Shown here: positions 17,966-27,645 of the stretch, piece by piece
How positions within the stretch are numbered: position 1 is the first letter of the stretch
Layout: every line of letters begins with the position of its first letter
Virus record (IMG/VR): IMGVR_UViG_3300037465_000404
Coordinates: 1-40,184 of that record
DNA length: 40,184 bases
Direction: 5' to 3' (one strand)
From: a virus
Lineage: Duplodnaviria; Caudoviricetes
Notes under the pieces: generated by a model
Seen by the model: the letters and a program-made list of their open reading frames with translations, nothing else
What the model was told of the DNA's origin: nothing
Databases searched by the model: none
Position numbers and translations under genes: made by a program

Positions 17966-19000
17966 ATGGCCGATCTCGCACTCGCCAATAGCACGTATGC
18001 GAACGGAACCAACGACACGGCAAGTACGTTGGTGAACAACGTCAGTGCGACCGACGCCCAACAGTGGAACGGCGTGGCGACCGCGTGTGTCGGGATCGAA
18101 ACGATCCTTGGAACCGGCACGGACCTGAAGGGCACTGCTGCGGACCTCGTGGCCCGCCTTACCGTTCTGCTCCAGGCAAGCGGGCGGATCAAGGACAAGG
18201 ATGGCGGCACGACCTACACCAAGTATGACGGGTGGTTGGGCTACGACTCGAACACCCTCCGGAAGTTCCGGAACTTGGGGTTCCCTGGGGAGATCGTCAT
18301 GTCCAGTCTCTCCACCGTACCCACGGGGTGGCTGGAGTGCAACGGCGCGCCCATCTCCTGCTCCACCTACGAAGACCTCTTTGATATGGTCATCGGGGAC
18401 CTGGCGTACGGAAGTTCCACGTACCTCGGGTGGCGGTATCACACGGCCACGTTCACGTTCACCGGCGCCGATGTTAACACGACAACCGATACCATCACCA
18501 AAACTGCCCATGGACTGAGTAACGGAACGATTATTCACTTCACGACAGACGGTACCTTGCCCGGGGGGATTACCACAAAGACGAAATACTACGTCATCAG
18601 TGCAACGACTAATTCCTTTCAAGTGAGCACCACCCTCAACGGGTCACCGGTGGATATAACAAGTACGGGAACGGGCACCCACTCGCTCTACACCCACTTC
18701 GTCCTGCCCGACTACCAGAGTCGCTCACCGATTGGGGCTGGGACGGGAAGTGGCTTGTCCACGCGGACCGTGAATGTCGTGACCGGGACTGAGACGCATA
18801 CCCTCACCGTGGGGGAGATGCCGGCGCATACCCATACCCTGGAGCGAGTAGTCGCGGAGAACCCGCATGGGCCACTCACTGGGGTTAAACTCTTTAATGC
18901 GACTACGGTAACTACCCTCTCAACATCCACGGACGGGGGAGGTGGCGCCCACAACAACATGCCCCCGGTCTTTGGAATCAAGTTTCTCGTGAGGTACTAG
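17966..19000 (+). CDS. Tail fibre protein with phage tail-collar domain
   Basis: PGEIV...PTGWLECNG..IS..TY.DLF, FVLPDY..R.PIGAG, ETHTLTVGEMPAHTH, GGGGAHNNMPP. Confidence 0.88.
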   Translation: MADLALANSTYANGTNDTASTLVNNVSATDAQQWNGVATACVGIETILGTGTDLKGTAADLVARLTVLLQASGRIKDKDGGTTYTKYDGWLGYDSNTLRKFRNLGFPGEIVMSSLSTVPTGWLECNGAPISCSTYEDLFDMVIGDLAYGSSTYLGWRYHTATFTFTGADVNTTTDTITKTAHGLSNGTIIHFTTDGTLPGGITTKTKYYVISATTNSFQVSTTLNGSPVDITSTGTGTHSLYTHFVLPDYQSRSPIGAGTGSGLSTRTVNVVTGTETHTLTVGEMPAHTHTLERVVAENPHGPLTGVKLFNATTVTTLSTSTDGGGGAHNNMPPVFGIKFLVRY

Positions 19001-19624
19001 ATGATCGAAGTCACCCCCGAGGGAGCCTGTATCAACGGACAGTGGTTCGATCGTGCGACCTGCATCCAGGTCGTTCCCACCTGGTCCTGGCCCCACCGGA
19101 TCGGACTCCGGGATGGGGTGCTGTATGGCATCACTAGCGGGACCCAACATGGCGTCGAGGAATCCTACCGAGCCGTCCTGACCGACCTGGAATCACGCCT
19201 TCCCGCGTTCGAGCAAGCCAAGCAGGACCTCGCGACGGCCACGGGGGCGTCCCAGGTCTACGCGCAGCAATCCCCAGTTGTTCACACCCTCCGCACGATC
19301 TTTGGACAGGACGGCCCGTCGCTTGTGAAGTATGGAAACGTGTGGGTTCGTCGGTGGTGGTGGAAACGCGGTGAAGGCCTTGACAACCACACACACAACT
19401 TCGACCACGTCGCGTTGCTCTACCGGGGCAGTGCGGACGTGACCGTGGATGGGATCAAGACCACCTACCATGCCCCGATCGAGATCATCATCGACAAAGG
19501 GAAGGTCCACAAAATCGAGGCGCTCGACGATCCCACCGTCTGGATGTGTGTCTTTGCCGTGCGGGATGACGAGGGTCACGTTGACCTCTATGGAACGGCT
19601 AACAACCCGGCTAGTCACACCTGA
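19001..19624 (+). CDS. Tail-associated protein with C-terminal cupin domain
   Basis: HTHNFDH..LL..G...V.VDG...APIEIII.KGKVHKIEAL cupin pattern. Confidence 0.7.
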   Translation: MIEVTPEGACINGQWFDRATCIQVVPTWSWPHRIGLRDGVLYGITSGTQHGVEESYRAVLTDLESRLPAFEQAKQDLATATGASQVYAQQSPVVHTLRTIFGQDGPSLVKYGNVWVRRWWWKRGEGLDNHTHNFDHVALLYRGSADVTVDGIKTTYHAPIEIIIDKGKVHKIEALDDPTVWMCVFAVRDDEGHVDLYGTANNPASHT

Positions 19625-20006
19625 GGATATCCCCACCGTGGTCACTGGCATGCTGGCGCTGAAAGCGAACACCGCATGGGCTCGGCATCCGGGAGTGGGG
19701 TACACCCGGGACACCCTGACCGCATTTCTCCGCCACCAACTGACCCGGGAGACCGTCGTGATGTATGTCACCGACGACGCCACGTCCTTTTGTGGTGGCG
19801 CCTTGTCTACATTCTACTTACCCCCGCATACCCCACTGCTCTTCGAATGGGGATGGTACGGCACGCCACGAGGATGCGCCGCCTGCTGGCGTGCAGTGAA
19901 ACGTTGGGGGGCGCGTCGAGGCGCCCAGATTGTCTACCGCGTCCTGGCCCGTCCGGGCAGCAGCCCCACCAGAATCCGGGAACGCGTGACATGGGAGGTA
20001 CTGTAA
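19590..20006 (+). CDS. Probable GNAT-like acetyltransferase-fold protein
   Basis: RLVTPEDIP N-terminus, EWGWY, WGARRGA. Typical position between tail and ejection genes. Confidence 0.55.
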   Translation: MERLTTRLVTPEDIPTVVTGMLALKANTAWARHPGVGYTRDTLTAFLRHQLTRETVVMYVTDDATSFCGGALSTFYLPPHTPLLFEWGWYGTPRGCAACWRAVKRWGARRGAQIVYRVLARPGSSPTRIRERVTWEVL

Positions 20007-20007
20007 C

Positions 20008-20535
20008 ATGGGTGGCTATCAGCAAAGTTCCTCCGAGGCCCATTCCTATACTGGCCTACGGGGGACGGGGTACCAAGGCCCTGCAGCCGAGCAAGCGTAT
20101 AAGCAAGGTCTCCATCTGAGTACCCTTGCCGACATGGCCATGACCTCGCCCCAGGCCATGTACGACTTCGGGCGGACCATGTTGCCCAGTGGGCGATTTG
20201 GGCTGGGTGAGGCCGCGGACACGGCAGTGGCCGAACTGGGCCGACACCTCTTTGGCCAAGCCAGTGCCGCAGGGGCGTTCCGTGGGCAGCTCACGCCAGA
20301 GAACCAGACCGCCGTCATCGGGGCCGCGCTCCAGAACGCGCTCCCCTTCCTCATCCCCCAAATCCAGCAGTACCAAACGACACAATTCCTCGCGCCGATG
20401 TCGTTGATGCAGCTGGCCAAAACCTCGGCGGACTACTGGAACCGGGCCCTTGGGGCGCAGTCTGATGCGAGCTCCTTCGGGTTTGGGTTCATGGCCCAAC
20501 CCCCGATCTCCGCCATGTTCAAGGGTGGTGGGTAG
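20008..20535 (+). CDS. Probable DNA ejection (internal virion) protein, small
   Basis: SD GGAGG. Starts MGG, A/G/Q-rich, expected position. Confidence 0.6.
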   Translation: MGGYQQSSSEAHSYTGLRGTGYQGPAAEQAYKQGLHLSTLADMAMTSPQAMYDFGRTMLPSGRFGLGEAADTAVAELGRHLFGQASAAGAFRGQLTPENQTAVIGAALQNALPFLIPQIQQYQTTQFLAPMSLMQLAKTSADYWNRALGAQSDASSFGFGFMAQPPISAMFKGGG

Positions 20536-20578
20536 TGGTCGGGAGGAGTAACAAGGATGGTGGGGAACTGAGGAGGCG

Positions 20579-22051
20579 TTGATCATGGCATACCCAGACC
20601 TTTCCCAACTTGCGCACGACATTACAACACTGGTCGGGGAACCCATCGCCCCGACTCCCCTTATTCGACTATTCGGGATTCCCCTCAACACGGAGGAGTA
20701 CGGATCCCGCCAAGCCGCTATTCACCGCCAGCAACTGCTCGAACAAGCGCTGGTGCCAAAACTCGCGGAGTATGCCACCAACCCCCTTCGGGACGTTCCC
20801 ATTGGGTTTCTCTCCAGTCTCATCGGGCGCCCCCTCGAGGAACTCGCGCTCCCGAGCCAGCGGAAGACCGTGACAACCGATGTTCCCAGTGAGGTCCCCC
20901 ATTACCGCGTGAACTCCCCGATGCGGAGTGAACCCCTCACAGGAGAACCCACCCTTCGGGCCTTCCCTGTACTTGGTCCGGGGGCACCCGTCCGACGGTA
21001 CACAGATGACGAAATTGACGCGATGACCCAGGGAATTGGAGACTGGACTGATCGGTATTGGGCACGCACGCGGCTGGCACAACAAATGGACGAAGGCGCC
21101 CACCCCGCACCGGTCATGCGTCCCGTCACACCCGAACTCCAAGGTCCGCCGTCCCCGACCCCCACCGTCTCCCTCCCCACCCTCCAGTTTGTCGCGGAAC
21201 CCGGCCCACCCCACACACTGACCCGCACAGAGATCGACCCTGATGCCCCGGCGACGTTGCCCCAGGCACTCTGGGGAATGAGCGCGCTCCGACGGGAGAG
21301 TATGTGGCCCCGACAACCCTCCAAGTCGAAAGCCGAAACCATCTACGACCTGGCCCTCCATACCGGGCGCAGTCCGGATGAAGCCCTCACGCTGGCCATT
21401 GCAGGGGACCCGGCCTTGCTTCAGGCAAGGACCCAAGCGGCGCTCTCCCACGTTGATCTCAACCGGCAGCGGGAGCAGGAGTTGCGGAGTCTGGGGGAAG
21501 TGCGGCGGGTGTATGAGGAAGCCAAGACGGAACTTGCCAAGGAACGCACCACGGAGCTTCGGGCGCAGCGGGAAATCAAAGCCCACGTCCTCGACGCCAA
21601 AACCGCGTTGCTGAAAGCCCAGACAGACCTGGCCCAGGCCCGGACCGCGGGGGACCCCAAACGGATTGACCTGGCGGAGAAAGCCCTTGCCGCGAAGCAG
21701 CAACAGTTCAAAGCCCTCTTTGCGACGCTGCTGCAAAAAGCGGACCTCCTGGACGATCCCGCGATGCAGGACGTGCTGCGTCAGGCCATGGAAGGGGTGT
21801 TCAGCCTCGAGGGTGATCCCTTCAAGAAGGGGTTGCTGGAGGCGTTGCAGCAGCTCTTCATGGGCGCCCCCGCCCCCACCAAACCCGCACCCTCTACTCC
21901 CTCCACTCCCTCCACACCCTCTACCCCTTCTACCCCCTCTACCCCTCCTCCCTTCCCGGGGAAGCGAGATGGGGAAATCCAGCGAAACAACCGCACTGGC
22001 ATGACCTACCAGTGGAATGAGAAGGAGAAGACGTGGCAGCCCCTCAAGTAG
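20579..22051 (+). CDS. Probable DNA ejection protein, medium
   Basis: SD GAGGAGG. Coiled coil, PST linker, C-terminal G..Y.W...W motif. Confidence 0.65.
   Translation: MIMAYPDLSQLAHDITTLVGEPIAPTPLIRLFGIPLNTEEYGSRQAAIHRQQLLEQALVPKLAEYATNPLRDVPIGFLSSLIGRPLEELALPSQRKTVTTDVPSEVPHYRVNSPMRSEPLTGEPTLRAFPVLGPGAPVRRYTDDEIDAMTQGIGDWTDRYWARTRLAQQMDEGAHPAPVMRPVTPELQGPPSPTPTVSLPTLQFVAEPGPPHTLTRTEIDPDAPATLPQALWGMSALRRESMWPRQPSKSKAETIYDLALHTGRSPDEALTLAIAGDPALLQARTQAALSHVDLNRQREQELRSLGEVRRVYEEAKTELAKERTTELRAQREIKAHVLDAKTALLKAQTDLAQARTAGDPKRIDLAEKALAAKQQQFKALFATLLQKADLLDDPAMQDVLRQAMEGVFSLEGDPFKKGLLEALQQLFMGAPAPTKPAPSTPSTPSTPSTPSTPSTPPPFPGKRDGEIQRNNRTGMTYQWNEKEKTWQPLK
21890..21943 (+). repeat. In-frame 9-bp tandem repeat x6 encoding (PST)6
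   Basis: ccctctact ccctccact ccctccaca ccctctacc ccttctacc ccctctacc. Confidence 0.9.
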
Positions 22052-24951
22052 TGGACGAGTGGACCCCGGTGACGGACGAGTGGACCCCACCGGAATGGAC
22101 CGACGCCTCGTCCGTCCTTCGTCAGGGTTCGGTCGCGGACGTCCAGGTTCCGCCACCCCAAAGCCCACTGACACAGGTTGGTGAGGCAGTCGGGCGGTGG
22201 ATGGAGGACAGCCCCATCGGGCGGGTTCTCGGGAAGGCCCTCGCCCCGATTCAGTGGTTGGGGGAAAAGGAAGAGCGCTATGTCGCTGGGCCATTCCGGC
22301 GCGCGGTGTTTCAGGAAGATCCCCTGGTCACGCTCGAGCGGGACGCACCCCCACCCACTGCACCGCTCGGGGAACACCTCTGGCATGCCGGGAAGGTGTT
22401 GGGGACGTCGATCCTCTCGGACCCCCTCGTGGTCCTTCCCCCTGTTGGGAGCATCGGGCGCCTCCTCGGGAAGGAACCCCACGTGCCCCCAGCCCTTCCG
22501 CTCACGCCACCGGTCAGTGCCCCGGCGCAACACGCACCAGACGTGCAACCCCTCGTACCCTGGGACCCCCTCACACCTCCTCGCCCGGGAGGACTCGAGC
22601 CACCGGTCTTTCTGGAGAGCCGACGCCTCCACGGGCGAGATCTGCACGAGCCCCCGCCACCCGCCCCAAAACCCCCAGCGGAACCCGCGATTGTGCCACA
22701 GAACCTGCCCCCGCCCAACGACCCCGCCCTGGATACCCTCATGGTGGCTCCACCCCAGGTTGGTCCTCGCACGTCTCTTCCCCACGAGGGCTACTCTGAC
22801 ACCCAGTCCCTCAACCAACGCGACCCGACTACCGCCGAGAAGCTCTGGAAGCAAAGCTTGGACGTCCTGGACAGTCTTGGACCCTACACCCAACGGCTCA
22901 GTAGTCTCCTCCGGTATTCCAAGGAGGCCGCCGAGCAAACCACCATCCAGAACATGCGCGATCTGGAAGCCCAGTTCGAGCACGTCTTTGGGAAAGACCG
23001 AGTGCTCCGACGGGTGCCCGCCGCCCAACTCCAGGGGACCGTGCCCCAGAAACTGGCGGTGCTGCTCAACCGCTCGTCCGCGGACTACGGACTCACCCCG
23101 AAGGAGAACGACGCACTGGTGGCGCTGCTGAACGCTGGGCTTGATGCCACGAACCTCTCCGAGAAGGCCAAAGCAACGCTGCCGGTGGACGATCCCCGGC
23201 TGAAGGCATTTGCGGAGTCCTACTGGCGCATTGCCACCGGACGCCTCTCCGCGCACCCCGTCACCCGGACTATGACCGTCCGGGACTACCTCACGGGTGA
23301 GGAATACCCTGTTGGAACGCCCACCCCGTACTGGCCTCACCAAGCCCTGAAACGGGAAGCCCTCGAGAAGCTCAGCGACACCACCCTTGCACAAGTCTGG
23401 CGGTTGGGGCGGTTCGAGGAGAAGGGGATTTCGCTGCCCGCGTTCAAGCGGATGCTCCCGACGTTGTTCGACAATACCGATCCAGACTTCCGCTTACGCC
23501 GCTATGCCGGTCTTGAGCACAAGCGGTACCTCACCGCAGAACTTCTGGTGCAGGAAGCAAACACAAAGGGAATGACCGAAGCGGAAGTCCTCCGGGAGTT
23601 GGGGTACGAAACGGACGTGCTCCGGATGCCGGTGCGGCATAACTACTACGGCTTCAAGCGGGTGTTCACCAAGGAGCACGAGGCTGAACTCCAGCAGATT
23701 GCCACCCAGCTGGACGCCGAGTACCCCCCAGGAACCCCGACTGGGAAGTGGATCCGCACCATCGTGAACCGCAGCCAAGGCCTCTCTCCCCGAGAGGACC
23801 TGATCGAGCACGCCAACAACCCCCGGGCGCTGGCCCAAGCGATTCTCTACCCCGCGCTGCTCAAGGCGTCCTGGCGCCAGAACCTGATGCTCCAGCCCAA
23901 CTACATCGCGATTCAGACCGGACTCAAGCCGCTCGTGACCGCGTATTGGAAGTACCTTGGCGGCAAGCTGGGGTGGTCCCAGGACACGATCCTCGAGCAC
24001 GCCACACGGAGTGGCGCTACGTTCCCCGCGTTTCTCACAGACTACCACCTTCCTGAGGGCCTCTGGGACCAGTACGCCAAGACCGCATCCCAGTTCAATG
24101 CCTTCCATCCCAGTGACGTGGCGTCCCGGCAAATCGGGGCGATTGCCTCGGGGCTCCATGTCCGGGCCATTGCGCGGGAGTTCTGGAAGGACCCCGCCAA
24201 CCCGGCATGGAAGAAATCCCTTCAGGAGTACCACCTCAATCCCCAGGAGGTCTATAACGCGCTTGCGCAGCAGGACCTCACCACGACCGTCGACCGTATC
24301 CCCGTGCTCCCCGATCCCTTCCTTCTTCGCGCGATGCAGGTCGGCGCCAACCGGACCCTCGGCCGGACGGGAGTGGAGTACCTCCCGGCGTGGGCTGCCG
24401 GGGACTCGGAAGCCCATCACCTCCTGCTGATGCTCCGCCGGCAGATTGTGTCCAACGAGAGTGCCTTGGTGGATATGGTGGTCAACGCGCCGAGTGCACG
24501 GGTGGGACTCCGGCGGGTGCTCACCGCGCTCGTCGGTGCGGAGGCCGCGGGGTTGATGTACAACGGGGTGTCCAACTGGATTCTGGGGAACCACTTCTTC
24601 GATGTCAATGAGTCCATGGCGCATGCCTTTGGGGGACGCAAGGAAGCCGCACTGGCGGCCAAAGCCCTGTTGCTCGGGTTGGGCACGTTCACGTCTGGGC
24701 TGGCGCTCACCGGGTTGAATGCGCTCGGGGGGAACGCCTATGGAGGGATTGCCTACACCTTCGCCACCCCCGCGATCAGCGGGGTGATCGACGAGGGGAT
24801 CAACGCGTTACTCCAAGGGAGGCTGAGTGAGTTCCTGGTCCGGCTCCAGCCGTTTGAGACGATCCAGGACTGGTACCGCCGGGAGCAGAACCAGGAGCGC
24901 CAGCGCCGCCGCATTCCCACCCATCTCCCGAAACCCCATCTCATTCCATGA
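22033..24951 (+). CDS. Probable DNA ejection protein, large (972 aa)
   Basis: SD AAGGAG before GTG. Largest ORF, helical with a hydrophobic C-terminal region, last before the lysis genes. Confidence 0.7.
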   Translation: MAAPQVVDEWTPVTDEWTPPEWTDASSVLRQGSVADVQVPPPQSPLTQVGEAVGRWMEDSPIGRVLGKALAPIQWLGEKEERYVAGPFRRAVFQEDPLVTLERDAPPPTAPLGEHLWHAGKVLGTSILSDPLVVLPPVGSIGRLLGKEPHVPPALPLTPPVSAPAQHAPDVQPLVPWDPLTPPRPGGLEPPVFLESRRLHGRDLHEPPPPAPKPPAEPAIVPQNLPPPNDPALDTLMVAPPQVGPRTSLPHEGYSDTQSLNQRDPTTAEKLWKQSLDVLDSLGPYTQRLSSLLRYSKEAAEQTTIQNMRDLEAQFEHVFGKDRVLRRVPAAQLQGTVPQKLAVLLNRSSADYGLTPKENDALVALLNAGLDATNLSEKAKATLPVDDPRLKAFAESYWRIATGRLSAHPVTRTMTVRDYLTGEEYPVGTPTPYWPHQALKREALEKLSDTTLAQVWRLGRFEEKGISLPAFKRMLPTLFDNTDPDFRLRRYAGLEHKRYLTAELLVQEANTKGMTEAEVLRELGYETDVLRMPVRHNYYGFKRVFTKEHEAELQQIATQLDAEYPPGTPTGKWIRTIVNRSQGLSPREDLIEHANNPRALAQAILYPALLKASWRQNLMLQPNYIAIQTGLKPLVTAYWKYLGGKLGWSQDTILEHATRSGATFPAFLTDYHLPEGLWDQYAKTASQFNAFHPSDVASRQIGAIASGLHVRAIAREFWKDPANPAWKKSLQEYHLNPQEVYNALAQQDLTTTVDRIPVLPDPFLLRAMQVGANRTLGRTGVEYLPAWAAGDSEAHHLLLMLRRQIVSNESALVDMVVNAPSARVGLRRVLTALVGAEAAGLMYNGVSNWILGNHFFDVNESMAHAFGGRKEAALAAKALLLGLGTFTSGLALTGLNALGGNAYGGIAYTFATPAISGVIDEGINALLQGRLSEFLVRLQPFETIQDWYRREQNQERQRRRIPTHLPKPHLIP

Positions 24952-25268
24952 CCTACCGCCATCTCAAGGACACCGTGGCCCTGGCCCCACCGGGGATCCA
25001 CCTGGCGCTGCTCGATGCACTCCTCACGGCGGCGGACGTGTATGCGCGGTGGGGGTATCCGTTGGTGGTGACGTCCCTGGGGGACAGCCAGCACACGCCC
25101 CACAGTCTTCACTACGAGGGCAAAGCGGCGGACCTTCGGGTGCGCCATCTCCCGATCCACGATCGTCCGGCGGTGGTCCGGGAGTTGCAGCACGCGTTGG
25201 GTCCGCAGTACGACGTCCTCCTCGAGGTGGACCATATCCACCTGGAGTACGATCCTCCTACTCCGTGA
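24948..25268 (+). CDS. Endolysin, peptidase M15 family
   Basis: VVTS, SLHYEGKAADLR (H-x6-D) and DHIHLE zinc motifs. Confidence 0.85.
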   Translation: MTYRHLKDTVALAPPGIHLALLDALLTAADVYARWGYPLVVTSLGDSQHTPHSLHYEGKAADLRVRHLPIHDRPAVVRELQHALGPQYDVLLEVDHIHLEYDPPTP

Positions 25269-25303
25269 CCCTACCACCATGACCCACCCCATAAGGAGGG
25301 GCT

Positions 25304-25648
25304 ATGCAGATCATCGACACCAACACCGTCCGCTTACACGCCCAGTTGACCGAACCGGTCCGCTCGGTGGATGGCTCGCTCCTCGGAGACCTCCACCATA
25401 CCACGATCTACGGCCGTACGGGGGATACCACGGCCGTCTTGGTGACCAACCCCGCCACCGCACCGTCTGGGGGTGGCACCGTCACGCTGGATGTCCTGGT
25501 CAACGCGCCGTCTGGCGTGGTGACGTCCTGGGAGTTCTGGGCCACCGCCACAGACCTCGCGGGCAACGAAGGGCCGTCGAGTAACACGGTGACACTCGCC
25601 ATCGACCGCATCGGTCCAGCCGCGCCCACGGGTTTTACCGTTGGCTAA
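25304..25648 (+). CDS. Fibronectin-III/Ig-like single-domain protein
   Basis: SD AAGGAGG. DGSLLGDL...IY and ATDLAGNEGPSSN motifs. Confidence 0.65.
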   Translation: MQIIDTNTVRLHAQLTEPVRSVDGSLLGDLHHTTIYGRTGDTTAVLVTNPATAPSGGGTVTLDVLVNAPSGVVTSWEFWATATDLAGNEGPSSNTVTLAIDRIGPAAPTGFTVG

Positions 25649-25696
25649 GGGTCATCCTGGAATGGCTCTTAGCCCTTCTCCTACGAGGCCGCTAAC

Positions 25697-26089
25697 ATGC
25701 TGACACACTTTGTCCAGGCGTTACTCGGGGGAATCGACAGTATCCTCGACAAGTTCATCCCCGATGCCAATGTGCGGGCACAGGTAGCCCGGGACCTCGC
25801 CGCCCAGGCGTACAAGGAACTGGAACTCGAACTCCAGGATCGGGCCTCGGCGCGCGCGCGCGAAGCCGCAATCAAGGACTACACGCCTTCGATGCTGGCG
25901 GGGATGGTGACGATCTCCTATGGGGTGATCCAGTATTACCTGCTCACCCACATCATCCCGGCGGAGATGCGCGAGATTATCATGCGCACCCTGGGGACAC
26001 TCGATATGGCGCTCGGGATGGTCTTGGGGTACTACTTTGGGTCCTCCCTCGGCAGCCACCTGAAGGACAAACAGCGCCATGACGGATGA
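25697..26089 (+). CDS. Holin (3TM, GTA-holin-like)
   Basis: ILDKFIPD, DRASARARE, two hydrophobic helices, VLGYYFGSS.GS. Confidence 0.8.
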   Translation: MLTHFVQALLGGIDSILDKFIPDANVRAQVARDLAAQAYKELELELQDRASARAREAAIKDYTPSMLAGMVTISYGVIQYYLLTHIIPAEMREIIMRTLGTLDMALGMVLGYYFGSSLGSHLKDKQRHDG

Positions 26090-26309
26090 GCAGTTCGCCC
26101 TGTATCTCACCCTCGTCAAGACCCTCCATCAGGAGCATCTCGCGCAGCTGCGGGAACTCAAGGACGCCCTTGCCTCCCATGTCCAGGTGGATGAGGGGTA
26201 CCATCGGGTTGTGGACCGGCACGCCACCTACTGGCGTGGCCTGTGGGCGATGATGACGGGGGTGGGCGCAACCGTCTTGTCGTGGGTTGGTCTCAGAAAC
26301 CCTCAGTGA
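26079..26309 (+). CDS. Small C-terminally anchored membrane protein (lysis module)
   Basis: Coiled N-terminus and a hydrophobic C-terminal helix. Confidence 0.6.
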   Translation: MTDEQFALYLTLVKTLHQEHLAQLRELKDALASHVQVDEGYHRVVDRHATYWRGLWAMMTGVGATVLSWVGLRNPQ

Positions 26310-26673
26310 TCATCAGGAGTTTGATATACACGCTGATATCCTGTAGCCGTGCGTTCAGACCCTCGACCTGAGGGCTGTACGCCTGACTCTTGGCCCACAG
26401 GTACGCGTCGAGTTGTTTCAGGAGGTAGAGCACAATCACTCCTTGTGGGGTGGCCAGGTCGAGGTAGGGATACTGCTGCAGGAGCGCCGCAACGCGCTTG
26501 AAGTTCCCCAGGGGGTCACCCCCGTTCGCGTAGTCGAAGTTCTTGTTACTGTGGAGTTCCAGCTCTTTAAGGGTCAAGGGAATGAAGTGCTGGTGGCCAT
26601 TGGGAAAGAACCGCCGCAGGGTGTCAAGGATCTGCGGCATGGTGAGGTCGGCTGGGGGCTTACTGGTCTCCAT
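26293..26673 (-). CDS. Nucleotide-modification-associated domain 1 (DUF1599-like, all-alpha NTP pyrophosphatase fold)
   Basis: KNFDYA..GDPLGNF and E.L..RLQDISVY motifs; SD AGGAGG. Confidence 0.75.
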   Translation of the reverse strand: METSKPPADLTMPQILDTLRRFFPNGHQHFIPLTLKELELHSNKNFDYANGGDPLGNFKRVAALLQQYPYLDLATPQGVIVLYLLKQLDAYLWAKSQAYSPQVEGLNARLQDISVYIKLLMITEGF

Positions 26674-27079
26674 GAATCATTCCTCCTAGGTGAAGGCGTT
26701 CCTGCGCAGCAGGCACGCGTAAATCCCGATACAGGACAATGTCCTCACACTGTCCGGCACCGTACTTGTCAATGTACACCACGTCCGCGTTCCCGTCGAA
26801 GTCGAGGTCTGCGATGTAGAAGACGGGGTGGGGGTCATGGTCGATCTGGCCGTCAGGGTGACTGGCCCGAACGTAGGACAGGGTGAGGATATCAGCGGTC
26901 CCGTCCCCGTTACGGTCGTAGTCCTCTTCCAAGAGGCCGTTGGGCAGCAGGTACTCCGCCACTTTCTCGACCGCATCGATTTGGAGGTTGTTGCGACAGC
27001 GGAGGATCTCGGTGTCGTGCACGAGCCACACCCCGATTGCCAGTCCGATGACAAACACTCCCCACCCCCCGTCACTCAT
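26660..27079 (-). CDS. Membrane-anchored protein with DxDxDG-type Ca-binding loops
   Basis: N-terminal TM segment; DRNGDGTAD, DLDFDGNAD, DKYGAG. Confidence 0.7.
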   Translation of the reverse strand: MSDGGWGVFVIGLAIGVWLVHDTEILRCRNNLQIDAVEKVAEYLLPNGLLEEDYDRNGDGTADILTLSYVRASHPDGQIDHDPHPVFYIADLDFDGNADVVYIDKYGAGQCEDIVLYRDLRVPAAQERLHLGGMIHGDQ

Positions 27080-27302
27080 GCGCCCCCCGTTTCCGTCGGG
27101 CCTGTGCCGCTTTCACGGCCAACTCGAGAAACGAGGCCATCGCGGGAACCATGAAGTGACACTGCGGCCCCAGGATCAGGTCTGCGGCGGTTCGGAGCGG
27201 TTCGAGGGTGTGCCCTTGGGCAACCAGGGCGTGGACCTGACTCCACTCCAACATTGCCGGGTCCGTGACGAGGATCGTCAAGGGTGTGCGCGTCTTCCTC
27301 AT
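27072..27302 (-). CDS. Hypothetical protein (76 aa)
   Basis: SD GGAGGT before ATG 27302. Confidence 0.65.
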   Translation of the reverse strand: MRKTRTPLTILVTDPAMLEWSQVHALVAQGHTLEPLRTAADLILGPQCHFMVPAMASFLELAVKAAQARRKRGAHE

Positions 27303-27303
27303 G

Positions 27304-27603
27304 CTACCTCCAGAGCGGACGAGGGCGGGGACCCGTGAGACACGCCGCGACACTCCCCATTACCCCGTCTACCACACTCGTGGCCCGTTCCCACACCGGG
27401 TAGGGGTTTCGCGCTGGGCGACATTCCACCACAAACCCCGACTGAAGCTCACGCACGAGGACCTCCCGATACTGGGGCTCCCCCGCTTCACTCCCCCACC
27501 AGCCCACCAACCCAAGCCCCACGCCCACCATCATCCACCCCACGGGTTTCATCCAGCCGCCCCGTCGGGTTTCACCGAGCCGCCCACGGGTCTCCCCCCA
27601 CAT
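27304..27603 (-). CDS. Hypothetical membrane/exported protein
   Basis: SD AAAGGAGG; hydrophobic segment. Confidence 0.6.
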   Translation of the reverse strand: MWGETRGRLGETRRGGWMKPVGWMMVGVGLGLVGWWGSEAGEPQYREVLVRELQSGFVVECRPARNPYPVWERATSVVDGVMGSVAACLTGPRPRPLWR

Positions 27604-27633
27604 ACAGGCCTCCTTTCACACCCCTCTCCCCTT

Positions 27634-27645
27634 ATGCTACCACAC
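27634..27645 (-). promoter_or_regulatory. Extended -10-like motif GTGTGGTAGCAT
   Basis: Intergenic, upstream of a strong SD. Matches the recurring motif. Confidence 0.5.
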
